A stretch of 64,000 nt of DNA from Eledone cirrhosa (Eukaryota), in contig OZ024756.1 in assembly GCA_964016885.1 (NCBI GenBank), forward strand, positions 2,294,001 to 2,358,000. The letters run 5' to 3'. The notes below the pieces were generated by a model, which saw only the letters and a list, made by a program, of their open reading frames with translations, searched no databases and had not been told where the DNA came from. The position numbers and the translations under genes are program-made. This document shows, in pieces, positions 34,101 to 49,100 of the stretch. Numbering within the stretch: position 1 is the first letter of the stretch; each line of letters begins with the position of its first letter.

Positions 34101-37100
34101 TCTTGAGCAAGACACTTCATCTGACGTTGCTGCACTGGGTCATGTGTTGTGTTCTTGATCAAAACACTTCATCTGACGTTGCTGGACTGGGTTATGTGTT
34201 GTGTTCTTGAGCAAAACACTTCATCTCAGGTTGCTGGACTCGGATATGTGTTGTGTTCATGAGCAAGACACTTCATCTGACGCTGCTGGACTGGGTTATG
34301 TGTTGTGTTCTTGATCAAAACACTTCATCTCACGTTGCTGGAATGGATTATGTGTTGTGTTCTTGAGCAAGACACTTCATCTCACGTTGCTGGACTGGGT
34401 TATGTGTTGTGTCCTTGAGCAAGACACTTCATCTGACATTGCTGGACTGGGTTATGTGTTGTGTTCTTGATCAAAACACTTCATCTCACGTTGCTGGACT
34501 GGATTATGTGTTGGGTTCTTGAGCAAGACACTTCATCTCACGTTGCTGGGCTGGGTTATATGTTGTGTTCTTGAGCAGGACACTTTATCTCACATAACTG
34601 GACTGGGTTATGCGTTGTGTTCTTGAGAAAGTCACTTCAACTGACGTTGCTGGGCTGGGTTATATGTTGTGTTCTTGAGCAAAACACTTTAACTCACGTT
34701 GCTGGTCTGGGATATATGTTGTTATCTTGAGCAAGACACTTCATCTCACGTTGCTGGACTGAGTTATGTGTTGTGTTCTTGAGCAAGACACTTCAACCCA
34801 CCTTGCTGGGCTGGGTTATGTGTTGTGTTCTTGAGCAAGACACTTCAACTCACGTTGCTGGACTGGGTTATGTGTTGTGTTCTTGAGAAAAACACTTCAT
34901 CTCACGTTGCTGGACTGGGTTATGTGTTGTGTTTTTGAGCAGGACACTTCATCTCACGTTGCTGGATTGGGTTACGTGTTGTGTTCTTGAGCAAAACACT
35001 TCATCTCACATTACTGGACTGGGATATGTGTTGTGTTCTTGAGCAAAACACTTCATCTCACATTACTGGACTGGGTAATGTGTTGTGTTCTTGAGAAAAA
35101 CACTTCATCTCACGTTGCTGGACTGGGTTATGTGTTGTGTTTTTGAGCAGGACACTTCATCTCACGTTGCTGGACTGGGTTATGTGTTGTGTTCTTGAGT
35201 AAAACACATCATCTCACGTTGCTGGACTGGGTTATGTGATGTTTTCTTGAGCAATACACTTCATCTCACGTTGTTGGACTGGGTTGTGTTGTGTTCTTGA
35301 GCAAGACACTTCAACTCACGTTTCTTGGCTGGGTTATGTGTTGAGTTCTTGAGCAAAACACTTCAACACACGTTGCTGGGCTGTGTTATATGTTGTCTTC
35401 TTGATCAAAACACTTCATCTCACGTTGCTGGACTGGGTTATGTGTTGTGTTCTTGAGCAAATCACTTCAACTCACGTTGCTGGACTGGGTTATGTGTTGT
35501 GTTCTTGAGCAAAACACTTCAACTCACGTTGCTGGGCTGGGTTATGTGTTGTGTTCTTGAGCAATACACTTCAACTCACTTTGCTGGACTGGGTTATGTG
35601 TTGTGTTCTTGAGCAAAACACTTAATCTCACGTTGCTGGACTGGGATATGTGTTGTGTTCTTGAGCAAGTCACTTCATCTGACGTTGCTGGACTGGGTTA
35701 TGTGTTGTGTTCTTGAGCAAGACACTTCATCTGACGTTGCTGCACTGGGTCATGTGTTGTGTTCTTGATCAAAACACTTCATCTGACGTTGCTGGACTGG
35801 GTTATGTGTTGTGTTCTTGAGCAAAACACTTCATCTCAGGTTGCTGGACTCGGATATGTGTTGTGTTCATGAGCAAGACACTTCATCTGACGTTGCTGGA
35901 CTGGGTTATGTGTTGTGTTCTTGATCAAAACACTTCATCTCACGTTGCTGGAATGGATTATGTGTTGTGTTCTTGAGCAAGACACTTCATCTCACGTTGC
36001 TGGACTGGGTTATGTGTTGTGTCCTTGAGCAAGACACTTTATCTCACATAACTGGACTGGGTTATGCGTTGTGTTCTTGAGAAAGTCACTTCAACTGACG
36101 TTGCTGGGCTGGGTTATATGTTGTGTTCTTGAGCAAAACACTTTAACTCACGTTGCTGGTCTGGGATATATGTTGTGATCTTGAGCAAGACACTTCATCT
36201 CACGTTGCTGGACTGAGTTATGTGTTGTGTTCTTGAGCAAGACACTTCAACCCACGTTGCTGGGCTGGGTTATGTGTTGTGTTCTTGAGCAAGACACTTC
36301 AACTCACGTTGCTGGACTGGGTTATGTGTTGTGTTCTTGAGAAAAACACTTCATCTCACGTTGCTGGACTGGGTTATGTGTTGTGTTTTTGAGCAGGACA
36401 CTTCATCTCACGTTGCTGGATTGGGTTACGTGTTGTGTTCTTGAGCAAAACACTTCATCTCACATTACTGGACTGGGATATGTGTTGTGTTCTTGAGCAA
36501 AACACTTCATCTCACATTACTGGACTGGGTAATGTGTTGTGTTCTTGAGAAAAACACTTCATCTCACGTTGCTGGACTGGGTTATGTGTTGTGTTTTTGA
36601 GCAGGACACTTCATCTCACGTTGCTGGACTGGGTTATGTGTTGTGTTCTTGAGTAAAACACATCATCTCACGTTGCTGGACTGGGTTATGTGATGTTTTC
36701 TTGAGCAATACACTTCATCTCACGTTGTTGGACTGGGTTGTGTTGTGTTCTTGAGCAAGACACTTCAACTCACGTTTCTTGGCTGGGTTATGTGTTGAGT
36801 TCTTGAGCAAAACACTTCAACACACGTTGCTGGGCTGTATTATATGTTGTCTTCTTGATCAAAACACTTCATCTCACGTTGCTGGACTGGGTTATGTGTT
36901 GTGTTCTTGAGCAAAACACTTCATCTCACGTTGCTGGACTGGGATATGTGTTGAGTTCTTGAACAAGTCACTTCATCTGACGTTTTTGGACTGGGTTATG
37001 TGTTGTGTTCTTGAGCTAGACACTTCATCTGACGTTGCTGGACTTGGTTATGTGTTGTGTTCTTGAGCAAGACACTTCATCTGACGTTGCTGCACTGGGT

Positions 37101-40100
37101 TATGTGTTGTGTTCTTGAGCAAAACACTACATCTCAGGTTGCTGGACTCGGATATGTGATGTGTTCTTGAGCAAGACACTTCATCTGACGTTGTTGGACT
37201 GGGTTATGTGTTGTGTTCTTGATCAAAACACTTCATCTCACGTTGCTGGACTGGATTATGTGTTGTGTTCTTCAGCAAGACACTTCAGCTCACGTTGCTG
37301 GACTGGGTTATGTGTTGTGTCCTTGAGCAAGACACTTCATCTGACATTGCTGGACTGGGTTATGTGTTGTGTTCTTGAGCAATACACTTCATCTAACATT
37401 GCTGGACAGGGTTATGTGTTGTGTTCTTGAGCAATACACTTCATCTCACGTTGCTGGACTGGGTTATGTGTTATGTTCTTGAGCAAAACACTTCATCTCA
37501 CGTTGCTGGACTGGGTTATGTGTTGTGTTCTTGAGCAATACACTTCATCTCACGTTGCTTGACTGGGTTATGTGTTGTGTTCTTGAGCAAGACACTTCAT
37601 CTCACGTTGCTGGACTGGTTTATGTGTTGTGTTGTTGAGCAAGACACTTCAACTGACGTTGCTGGGCTGGGTTATGTGTTGTGTTCTTGAGCAAGACACT
37701 TCAACTCACATTGCTGGACTGGGTTATGTGTTGTGTTCTTGAGCAAAACACTTCAACTCACGTTGCTGGGCTGGGTTATGTGTTGTGTTCTTGAGCAAGA
37801 CACTTCAACTCACTTTGCTGGACTGGGTTATGTGTTGTGTTCTTGAGCAAAACACTTAATCTCACGTTGCTGGACTGGGATATGTGTTGTGTTCTTGAGC
37901 AAGTCACTTCATCTGACGTTGCTGGACTGGGTTATGTGTTGTGTTCTTGAGCAAGACACTTCATCTGACGTTGCTGCACTGGGTCATGTGTTGTGTTCTT
38001 GATCAAAACACTTCATCTGACGTTGCTGGACTGGGTTATGTGTTGTGTTCTTGAGCAAAACACTTCATCTCAGGTTGCTGGACTCGGATATGTGTTGTGT
38101 TCATGAGCAAGACACTTCATCTGACGTTGCTGGACTGGGTTATGTGTTGTGTTCTTGATCAAAACACTTCATCTCACGTTGCTGGAATGGATTATGTGTT
38201 GTGTTCTTGAGCAAGACACTTCATCTCACGTTGCTGGACTGGGTTATGTGTTGTGTCCTTGAGCAAGACACTTCATCTGACATTGCTGGACTGGGTTATG
38301 TGTTGTGTTCTTGATCAAAACACTTCATCTCACGTTGCTGGACTGGATTATGTGTTGGGTTCTTGAGCAAGACACTTCATCTCACGTTGCTGGGCTGGGT
38401 TTTATGTTGTGTTCTTGAGCAGGACACTTTATCTCACATAACTGGACTGGGTTATGCGTTGTGTTCTTGAGAAAGTCACTTCAACTGACGTTGCTGGGCT
38501 GGGTTATATGTTGTGTTCTTGAGCAAAACACTTTAACTCACGTTGCTGGTCTGGGATATATGTTGTTATCTTGAGCAAGACACTTCATCTCACGTTGCTG
38601 GACTGAGTTATGTGTTGTGTTCTTGAGCAAGACACTTCAACCCACCTTGCTGGGCTGGGTTATGTGTTGTGTTCTTGAGCAAGACACTTCAACTCACGTT
38701 GCTGGACTGGGTTATGTGTTGTGTTCTTGAGAAAAACACTTCATCTCACGTTGCTGGACTGGGTTATGTGTTGTGTTTTTGAGCAGGACACTTCATCTCA
38801 CGTTGCTGGATTGGGTTACGTGTTGTGTTCTTGAGCAAAACACTTCATCTCACATTACTGGACTGGGATATGTGTTGTGTTCTTGAGCAAAACACTTCAT
38901 CTCACATTACTGGACTGGGTAATGTGTTGTGTTCTTGAGAAAAACACTTCATCTCACGTTGCTGGACTGGGTTATGTGTTGTGTTTTTGAGCAGGACACT
39001 TCATCTCACGTTGCTGGACTGGGTTATGTGTTGTGTTCTTGAGTAAAACACATCATCTCACGTTGCTGGACTGGGTTATGTGATGTTTTCTTGAGCAATA
39101 CACTTCATCTCACGTTGTTGGACTGGGTTGTGTTGTGTTCTTGAGCAAGACACTTCAACTCACGTTTCTTGGCTGGGTTATGTGTTGAGTTCTTGAGCAA
39201 AACACTTCAACACACGTTGCTGGGCTGTGTTATATGTTGTCTTCTTGATCAAAACACTTCATCTCACGTTGCTGGACTGGGTTATGTGTTGTGTTCTTGA
39301 GCAAATCACTTCAACTCACGTTGCTGGACTGGGTTATGTGTTGTGTTCTTGAGCAAAACACTTCATCTCACGTTGCTGGACTGGGATATGTGTTGTGTTC
39401 TTGAGCAAGTCACTTCATCTGACGATGCTGGACTGGGTTATATGTTGTGTTCTTGAGCAAGACACTTCATCTGACGTTGCTGCACTGGGTTATGTGTTGT
39501 GTTCTTGATCAAAACACTTCATCTGACGTTGCTGGACTGGGTTATGTGTTGTGTTATTGAGCAAAACAGTTCAACTGACGTTGCTGGACTGGGTTATGTT
39601 TTGTGTTCTTGAGCAAAACACTTCATCTCACGTTGCTGGACTGGGATATGTGTTGTGTTCTTGAGCAAGACACATCATCTGACGTTGCTGGACTGGATTA
39701 TGTGTTGTGTTCTTGATCAAAACACTTCATCTCACGTTGCTGGGCTGGGTTATATGTTGTGTTCTTGAGCAAAACACTTCAACTCACGTTGCTGGGCTGG
39801 GTTATATGTTGTGTTCTTGAGCAAAACACTTCAACTCACGTTGCTGGGCTGGGATATATGTTGTGTTCTAGAGCAAGACACATCAACTCACGTTGCTGGA
39901 CTGAGTTATGTGTTGTGTTCTTGAGCAAGACACTGCAACTCACATTGCTGGGCTGGGTTATGTGTTGTGTTCTTGAGCAAGACACTTCAACTCACGTTGC
40001 TGGACTGGGTTATGTGATGTTTTCTTGAGCAATACACTTCATCTCACGTTGCTGGACTGGGTTATGTGTTGTGTTCTTGAGCAAAACACTTCAACACACG

Positions 40101-43100
40101 TTGCTGGGCTGTGTTATATGTTGTGTTCTTGATCAAAACACTTCATCTCACGTTGCTGGACTGGGTTATGTGTTGTGTTCTTGAGCAAGACACTTAATTT
40201 CAAGTTGCTGGACTGGGTTATGTGTTGGGTTCTTGAGCAAAACACTTCAACTCACGTTGCTGGACTGGGTTATGTGTTGTGTTCTTGAGCAAGACACTTA
40301 ATTTCAAGTTGCTGGACTGGGTTATGTGTTGTGTTCTTGATCAAAACACTTCATCTCACGTTGCTGGGCTGGGTTATATGTTGTGTTCTTGAGCAAAACA
40401 CTTCAACTCACGTTGCTGGGCTGGGATATATGTTGTGATCTTGAGCAAGACACTTCAACTCACGTTGCTGGACTGGGTTATGTGATGTTTTCTTGAGCAA
40501 TACACTTCATCTCACGTTGTTGGACTGGGTTGTGTTGTGTTCTTGAGCAAGACACTTCAACTCACGTTGCTGGACTGGGTTGTGTTGTGTTCTTGAGCAA
40601 GACACTTCAACTCACGTTGCTGGGCTGGGTTATGTGTTGTGTTCTTGAGCAAGACACTTCAACTCACGTTGCTGGACTGGGTTATGTGTTGTGTTCTTGA
40701 CCAAAACACTTCAACACACGTTGCTGGGCTGGGATATGTGTTGTGTTCTTGATCAAAACACTTCATCTCAAGTTGCTGGACTGGGTTATGTGTTGTGTTC
40801 TTGATCAAAACACTTCATCTCACGTTGCTGGACTGGGTTATGTGTTGTGTTCTTGATCAAAACACTTCATCTCACGTTGCTGGACTGGGTTATGTGTTGT
40901 GTTCTTGATCAAAACACTTCATCTCACGTTGCTGGACTGGGTTATGTGTTGTGTTCTTGATCAAAACACTTCATCTCACGTTTCTGGACTGGGTTATATG
41001 TTGTGTTCTTGATCAAAACACTTCATCTCACGTTGCTGGATTGGGTTACGTGTTGTGTTCTTGAGCAAAACACTTCATCTCACATTACTGGACTGGGATA
41101 TGTGTTGTGTTCTTGAGCAAAACACTTCATCTCACATTACTGGACTGGGTAATGTGTTGTGTTCTTGAGAAAAACACTTCATCTCACGTTGCTGGACTGG
41201 GTTATGTGTTGTGTTTTTGAGCAGGACACTTCATCTCACGTTGCTGGACTGGGTTATGTGTTGTGTTCTTGAGTAAAACACATCATCTCACGTTGCTGGA
41301 CTGGGTTATGTGATGTTTTCTTGAGCAATACACTTCATCTCACGTTGTTGGACTGGGTTGTGTTGTGTTCTTGAGCAAGACACTTCAACTCACGTTTCTT
41401 GGCTGGGTTATGTGTTGAGTTCTTGAGCAAAACACTTCAACACACGTTGCTGGGCTGTATTATATGTTGTCTTCTTGATCAAAACACTTCATCTCACGTT
41501 GCTGGACTGGGTTATGTGTTGTGTTCTTGAGCAAAACACTTCATCTCACGTTGCTGGACTGGGATATGTGTTGAGTTCTTGAACAAGTCACTTCATCTGA
41601 CGTTTTTGGACTGGGTTATGTGTTGTGTTCTTGAGCTAGACACTTCATCTGACGTTGCTGGACTTGGTTATGTGTTGTGTTCTTGAGCAAGACACTTCAT
41701 CTGACGTTGCTGCACTGGGTTATGTGTTGTGTTCTTGAGCAAATCACTACATCTCAGGTTGCTGGACTCGGATATGTGATGTGTTCTTGAGCAAGACACT
41801 TCATCTGACGTTGTTGGACTGGGTTATGTGTTGTGTTCTTGATCAAAACACTTCATCTCACGTTGCTGGACTGGATTATGTGTTGTGTTCTTCAGCAAGA
41901 CACTTCAGCTCACGTTGCTGGACTGGGTTATGTGTTGTGTCCTTGAGCAAGACACTTCATCTGACATTGCTGGACTGGGTTATGTGTTGTGTTCTTGAGC
42001 AATACACTTCATCTAACATTGCTGGACAGGGTTATGTGTTGTGTTCTTGAGCAATACACTTCATCTCACGTTGCTGGACTGGGTTATGTGTTATGTTCTT
42101 GAGCAAGACACTTAATTTCAAGTTGCTGGACTGGGTTATGTGTTGGGTTCTTGAGCAAAACACTTCAACTCACGTTGCTGGACTGGGTTATGTGTTGTGT
42201 TCTTGAGCAAGACACTTAATTTCAAGTTGCTGGACTGGGTTATGTGTTGTGTTCTTGATCAAAACACTTCATCTCACGTTGCTGGGCTGGGTTATATGTT
42301 GTGTTCTTGAGCAAAACACTTCAACTCACGTTGCTGGGCTGGGATATATGTTGTGATCTTGAGCAAGACACTTCAACTCACGTTGCTGGACTGGGTTATG
42401 TGATGTTTTCTTGAGCAATACACTTCATCTCACGTTGTTGGACTGGGTTGTGTTGTGTTCTTGAGCAAGACACTTCAACTCACGTTGCTGGACTGGGTTG
42501 TGTTGTGTTCTTGAGCAAGACACTTCAACTCACGTTGCTGGGCTGGGTTATGTGTTGTGTTCTTGAGCAAGACACTTCAACTCACGTTGCTGGACTGGGT
42601 TATGTGTTGTGTTCTTGACCAAAACACTTCAACACACGTTGCTGGGCTGGGATATGTGTTGTGTTCTTGATCAAAACACTTCATCTCAAGTTGCTGGACT
42701 GGGTTATGTGTTGTGTTCTTGATCAAAACACTTCATCTCACGTTGCTGGACTGGGTTATGTGTTGTGTTCTTGATCAAAACACTTCATCTCACGTTGCTG
42801 GACTGGGTTATGTGTTGTGTTCTTGATCAAAACACTTCATCTCACGTTGCTGGACTGGGTTATGTGTTGTGTTCTTGATCAAAACACTTCATCTCACGTT
42901 TCTGGACTGGGTTATATGTTGTGTTCTTGATCAAAACACTTCATCTCACGTTGCTGGACTGGGTTATGTGTTGTGTTCTTGATCAAAACACTTCATCTCA
43001 CGTTGCTGGACTGGGTTATGTGTTGTGTTCTTGATCAAAACACTTCATCTCACGTTGCTGGACCGGGTTATGTGTTGTGTTCTCGAGCAAAACACTTCAT

Positions 43101-46100
43101 CTCACGTTGCTGGACTGGGTTATGTGTTGTGTTCTTGATCAAAACACTTCATCTCAAGTTGCTGGACTGGGTTATGTGTTGTGTTCTTGAGCAAGACACT
43201 TCAACTCACGTTGCTGGACTGGGTTATGAGTTGTGTTCTTGTTCAAAACACTTCAACACACGTTGCTGGACTGGGTTATGTGTTGTGTTCTTGAGCAAGA
43301 CACTTCATTTCAAGTTGCTGGACTGGGTTATGTGTTGTGTTCTTGAGCAAAACACTTCATCTCACGTTGCTGGACTGGGATATGTGTTGTGTTCTTGAGC
43401 AAGTCACTTCATCTGACGATGCTGGACTGGGTTATATGTTGTGTTCTTGAGCAAGACACTTCATCTGACGTTGCTGCACTGGGATATGTGTTGTGTTCTT
43501 GATCAAAACACTTCATCCGACGTTGCTGGACTGGGTTATGTGTTGTGTTATTGAGCAAAACAGTTCAACTGACGTTGCTGGACTGGGTTATGTTTTGTGT
43601 TCTTGAGCAAAACACTTCATCTCACGTTGCTGGACTGGGTTATGTGTTGTGTTCTTGAGCAGGACACTTCATCTGACATTACTGGACTGGGTTAAGTGTG
43701 GTGTTCTTGAGCAAAATACTTCATCTCACATTACTGGACTGGGTTATGTGTTGTGTTCTTGAGCAAAACACTTTATCTCACATTACTGGACTGGGTTATG
43801 TGTTGTGTTCTTGAGCAAAACACTTCATCTCACATTACTGGACTGGGTTATGTGTTGTGTTCTTGAGAAAAACACTTCATCTCACGTTGCTGGACTGGGT
43901 TAAGTTTTGTGTTCTTGAGCAAAACACTTCAACTCACGTTGCTGGGCTGGGATATATGTTGTGATCTTGTGCAAGACACTTCAACTCACGTTGCTGGACT
44001 GAGTTATGTGTTGTGTTCTTGAGCAAGACACTTCAACTCACGCTGCTGGGCTGGGTTATGTGTTGTGTTCTTGAGCAAGACACTTCAACTCACGTTGCTG
44101 GACTGGGTTATGTGATGTTTTCTTGAGCAATACACTTCATCTCACGTTGTTGGACTGGGTTGTGTTGTGTTCTTGAGCAATACACTTCATCTCACGTTGC
44201 TGGACTGGGTTATGTGTTGTGTTCTTGATCAAAACACTTCATCTCACGTTGCTGGACTGGGTTATGTGTTGTGTTCTTGAGCAAAACACTTCATCTCACG
44301 TTGCTGGACTGGGTTATGTGTTTTGTTCTTGAGCAAAACACTTCATCTCACGTTGCTGGACTGGGTTATGTGTTGTGTTCTTGATCAAAACACTTCATCT
44401 CAAGTTGCTGGACTGGGTTATGTGTTGTGTTCTTGAGCAAGACACTTCAACTCACGTTGCTGGACTGGGTTATGTGTTGTGTTCTTGTTCAAAACACTTC
44501 AACACACCTTGCTGGGCTGTGTTATATGTTGTGTTCTTGATCAAAACACTTCATCTCACGTTGCTGGACTGGGTTATATGTTGTGTTCTTGAGCAAGACA
44601 CTTCATTTCAAGTTGCTGGACTGGGTTATGTGTTGTGTTCTTGAGCAAAACACTTCATCTCACGTTGCTGGACTGGGATATGTGTTGTGTTCTTGAGCAA
44701 GTCACTTCATCTGACGATGCTGGACTGGGTTATATGTTGTGTTCTTGAGCAAAACACTTCAGCTGACGTTGCTGTACTGGGATATGTGTTGTGTTCTTGA
44801 TCAAAACACTTCATCTGACGTTGCTGGACTGGGTTATGTGTTGTGTTATTGAGCAAAACAGTTCAACTGACGTTGCTGGACTGGGTTATGTTTTGTGTTC
44901 TTGAGCAAAACACTTCATCTCACGTTGCTGGACTGGGTTATGTGTTGTGATCTTGAGCAAGACACATCATCTAACGTTGCTGGACTGGGTTATGTGTTGT
45001 GTTCTTGAGCAAAACACTTCATCTCACGTTGCTGGACTGGGTTATGTGTTGTGTTCTTGAGCAGGACACTTCATCTCACTTTCCTGGACTGGGTTGTGTG
45101 TTGTGTTCTTGAGCAAAACACTTTATCTCACATTACTGGACTGGGTTATGTGTTGTGTTCTTGAGCAAAACACTTCATCTCACATTACTGGACTGGGTTA
45201 TGTGTTGTGTTCTTGAGAAAAACACTTCATCTCACGTTGCTGGACTGGGTTATGTGTTGTGTTTTTGAGCAGGACACTTCATCTCACGTTGCTGGATTGG
45301 GTTACGTGTTGTGTTCTTGAGCAAAACACTTCATCTCACGTTGCTGGACTGGGTTATGTGTTGTGTTCTTGAGCAGGACACTTCATCTCACGTTCCTGGA
45401 CTGGGTTGTGTGTTGTGTTCTTGAGCAAAACACTTTATCTTACATTACTGGACTGGGTTATGTGTTGTGTTCTTGAGCAAAACACTTCATCTCACATTAC
45501 TGGACTGGGTTATGTGTTGTGTTCTTGAGAAAAACACTTCATCTCACGTTGCTGGACTGGGTTACGTGTTGTGTTTTTGAGCAGGACACTTCATCTCACG
45601 TTGCTGGATTGGGTTACGTGTTGTGTTCTTGAGCAAAACACTTCATCTCACGTTGTTGGACTGGGTTATGTGTTGTGTTCTTGAGTAAAACACATCATCT
45701 CACGTTGCTGGACTGGGTTATGTGATGTTTTCTTGAGCAATACACTTCATCTCACGTTGTTGGACTGGGTTGTGTTGTGTTCTTGAGCAAGACACTTCAT
45801 TTCAAGTTGCTGGACTGGGTTATGTGTTGTGTTCTTGAGCAAAACACTTCAACTCACGTTGCTGGACTGGGTTATGTATTGTGTTCTTGAGCAATACACT
45901 TCATCTCACGTTGCTGGACTGGGTTATGTGTTGTGTTCTTGAGCAAAACATTTCATCTCACGTTGCTGGACTGGGTTATGTGTTGTGTTCTTGAGCAAAA
46001 CACTTCATCTCACATTGCTGGATTGGGTTATGTGTTGTGTTCTTGAGCAGGACACTTCATCTCACGTTGCTGGACTGGGTTATGTGTTGTGTTCTCTAGC

Positions 46101-49100
46101 AAAACACTTCATCTCAGTTGCTGGACTGGGTTATGTGTTGTGTTCTTGAGCAAGACACTTCATTTCACGTTGCTTTACTGGGTTATGTGTTGTGTTCTTG
46201 AGCAACACACTTCATTTCACGTTGTTGAACTGGGTTATGTGTTGTGTTCTTGAGCAAGACAGTGCATCTAACGTTGCTGGACTGGGTTATGTGTTGTGTT
46301 CTTGATCAAAACACTTCATCTCACGTTGCTGGACTGGATTATGTGTTGTGTTCTTGAGCAAAACACTTCATCTCACGTTGCTGGACTGGGTTATGTGTTT
46401 TGTTCTTGAGCAAAACACTTCATCTCAAGTTGCTGGACTGGGTTATGTGTTGTGTTCTTGAGCAAGACACTTCAACTCACGTTGCTGGACTGGGTTATGT
46501 GTTGTGTTCTTGTTCAAAACACTTCAACACACGTTGCTGGGCTGTGTTATATGTTGTGTTCTTGATCAAAACACTTCATCTCACGTTGCTGGACTGGGTT
46601 ATGTGTTGTGTTCTTGAGCAATACACTTCATCTAACGTTGCTGGACTGGGTTATATGTTGTGTTCTTGAGCAGGACACTTCATCTGACATTACTGGACTG
46701 GGTTAAGTGTGGTGTTCTTGAGCAAAACACATCATCTCACATTACTGGACTGGGTTATGTGTTGTGTTCTTGAGCAAAACACTTCATCTCACGTTGCTGG
46801 ACTGGGTTATGTGTTGTGTTCTTGAGCAGGACACTTCATCTCACGTTGCTGGACTGGGTTGTATGTTGCCTTCTTGAGCAAAACACTTTATCTCACATTA
46901 CTGAACTGGGTTATGTGTTGTGTTCTTGAGCAAAACACTTCATCTCACATTACTGGACTGGGATATGTGTTGTGTTCTTGAGCAAAACACTTCATCTCAC
47001 ATTACTGGACTGGGTTATGTGTTGTGTTCTTGAGAAAAACACTTCATCTCACGTTGCTGGACTGGGTTATGTGTTGTGTTTTTGAGCAGGACACTTCATC
47101 TCACGTTGCTGGACTGGGTTACGTATTGTGTTCTTGAGTAAAACACATCATCTCACGTTGCTGGACTGGGTTATGTGATGTTTTCTTGAGCAATACACTT
47201 CATCTCACGTTGTTGGACTGGGTTGTGTTGTGTTCTTGAGCAAGACACTTCAACTCACGTTTCTTGGCTGGGTTATGTGTTGTGTTCTTGAGCAAAACAC
47301 TTCAACACACGTTGCTGGGCTGTGTTATATGTTGTCTTCTTGATCAAAACACTTCATCTCACGTTGCTGGACTGGGTTATGTGTTGTGTTCTTGAGCAAA
47401 TCACTTCAACTCACGTTGCTGGACTGGGTTATGTGTTGTGTTCTTGAGCAAAACACTTCATCTCACGTTGCTGGACTGGGATATGTGTTGTGTTCTTGAG
47501 CAAGTCACCTCATCTGACGATGCTGGACTGGGTTATATGTTGTGTTCTTGAGCAAGACACTTCATCTGACGTTGCTGCACTGGGTTATGTGTTGTGTTCT
47601 TGATCAAAACATTTCATCTGACGTTGCTGGACTGGGTTATGTGTTGTGTTATTGAGCAAAACAGTTCAACTGACGTTGCTGGACTGGGTTATGTTTTGTG
47701 GTCTTGAGCAAAACACTTCATCTCACGTTGCTGGACTGGGATATGTGTTGTGTTCTTGAGCAAGACACATCATCTGACGTTGCTGGACTGGATTATGTGT
47801 TGTGTTCTTGATCAAAACACTTCATCTCACGTTGCTGGGCTGGGTTATATGTTGTGTTCTTGAGCTAAACACTTCAACTCACGTTGCTGGGCTGGGTTAT
47901 ATGTTGTGTACTTGAGCAAAACACTTCAACTCACGTTGCTGGGCTGGGATATATGTTGTGTTCTTGAGCAAGACACATCAACTCACGTTGCTGGACTGAG
48001 TTATGTGTTGTGTTCTTGAGCAAGACACTGCAACTCACGTTGCTGGGCTGGGTTATGTGTTGTGTTCTTGAGCAAGACACTTCAACTCACGTTGCTGGAC
48101 TGGGTTATGTGATGTTTTCTTGAGCAATACACTTCATCTCACGTTGTTGGACTGGGTTATGTTGTGTTCTTGAGCAAGACACTTCAACTCACGTTGCTGG
48201 ACTGGGTTATGTGTTGTGTTCTTGATCAAAACACTTCATCTCACGTTGCTGGACTGGGTTATGTGTTGTGTTCTTGAGCAAGACACTTAATTTCAAGTTG
48301 CTGGACTGGGTTATGTGTTGTGTTCTTGAGCAAAACACTTCAACTCACGTTGCTGGACTGGGTTATGTGTTGTGTTCTTGAGCAAGACACTTAATTTCAA
48401 GTTGCTGGACTGGGTTATGTGTTGTGTTCTTGAGCAAAACACTTCATCTCACGTTGCTGGACTGGATTATGTGTTGTGTTCTTGATCAAAACACTTCATC
48501 TCACGTTGCTGGGCTGGGTTATATGTTGTGTTCTTGAGCAAAACACTTCAACTCACGTTGCTGGGCTGGGATATATGTTGTGATCTTGAGCAAGACACTT
48601 CAACTCACGTTGGTGGACTGGGTTATGTGATGTTTTCTTGAGCAATACACTTCATCTTACGTTGTTGGACTGGGTTGTGTTGTGTTCTTGAGCAAGACAC
48701 TTCAACTCACGTTGCTGGACAGGGTTGTGTTGTGTTCTTGAGCAAGACACTTCAACTCACGTTGCTGGGCTGGGTTATGTGTTGTGTTCTTGAGCAAGAC
48801 ACTTCAACTCACGTTGCTGGACTGGGTTATGTGTTGTGTTCTTGAGCAAAACACTTCAACACTCGTTGCTGGGCTGGGTTATGTGTTGTGTTCTTGATCA
48901 AAACACTTCATCTCAAGTTGCTGGACTGGGTTATGTGTTGTGTTCTTGATCAAAACACTTCATCTCACGTTGCTGGACTGGGTTATGTGTTGTGTTCTTG
49001 ATCAAAACACTTCATCTCACGTTGCTGGACTGGCTTATGTGTTGTGTTCTTGATCAAAACACTTCATCTCACGTTGCTGGACTGGGTTATGTGTTGTGTT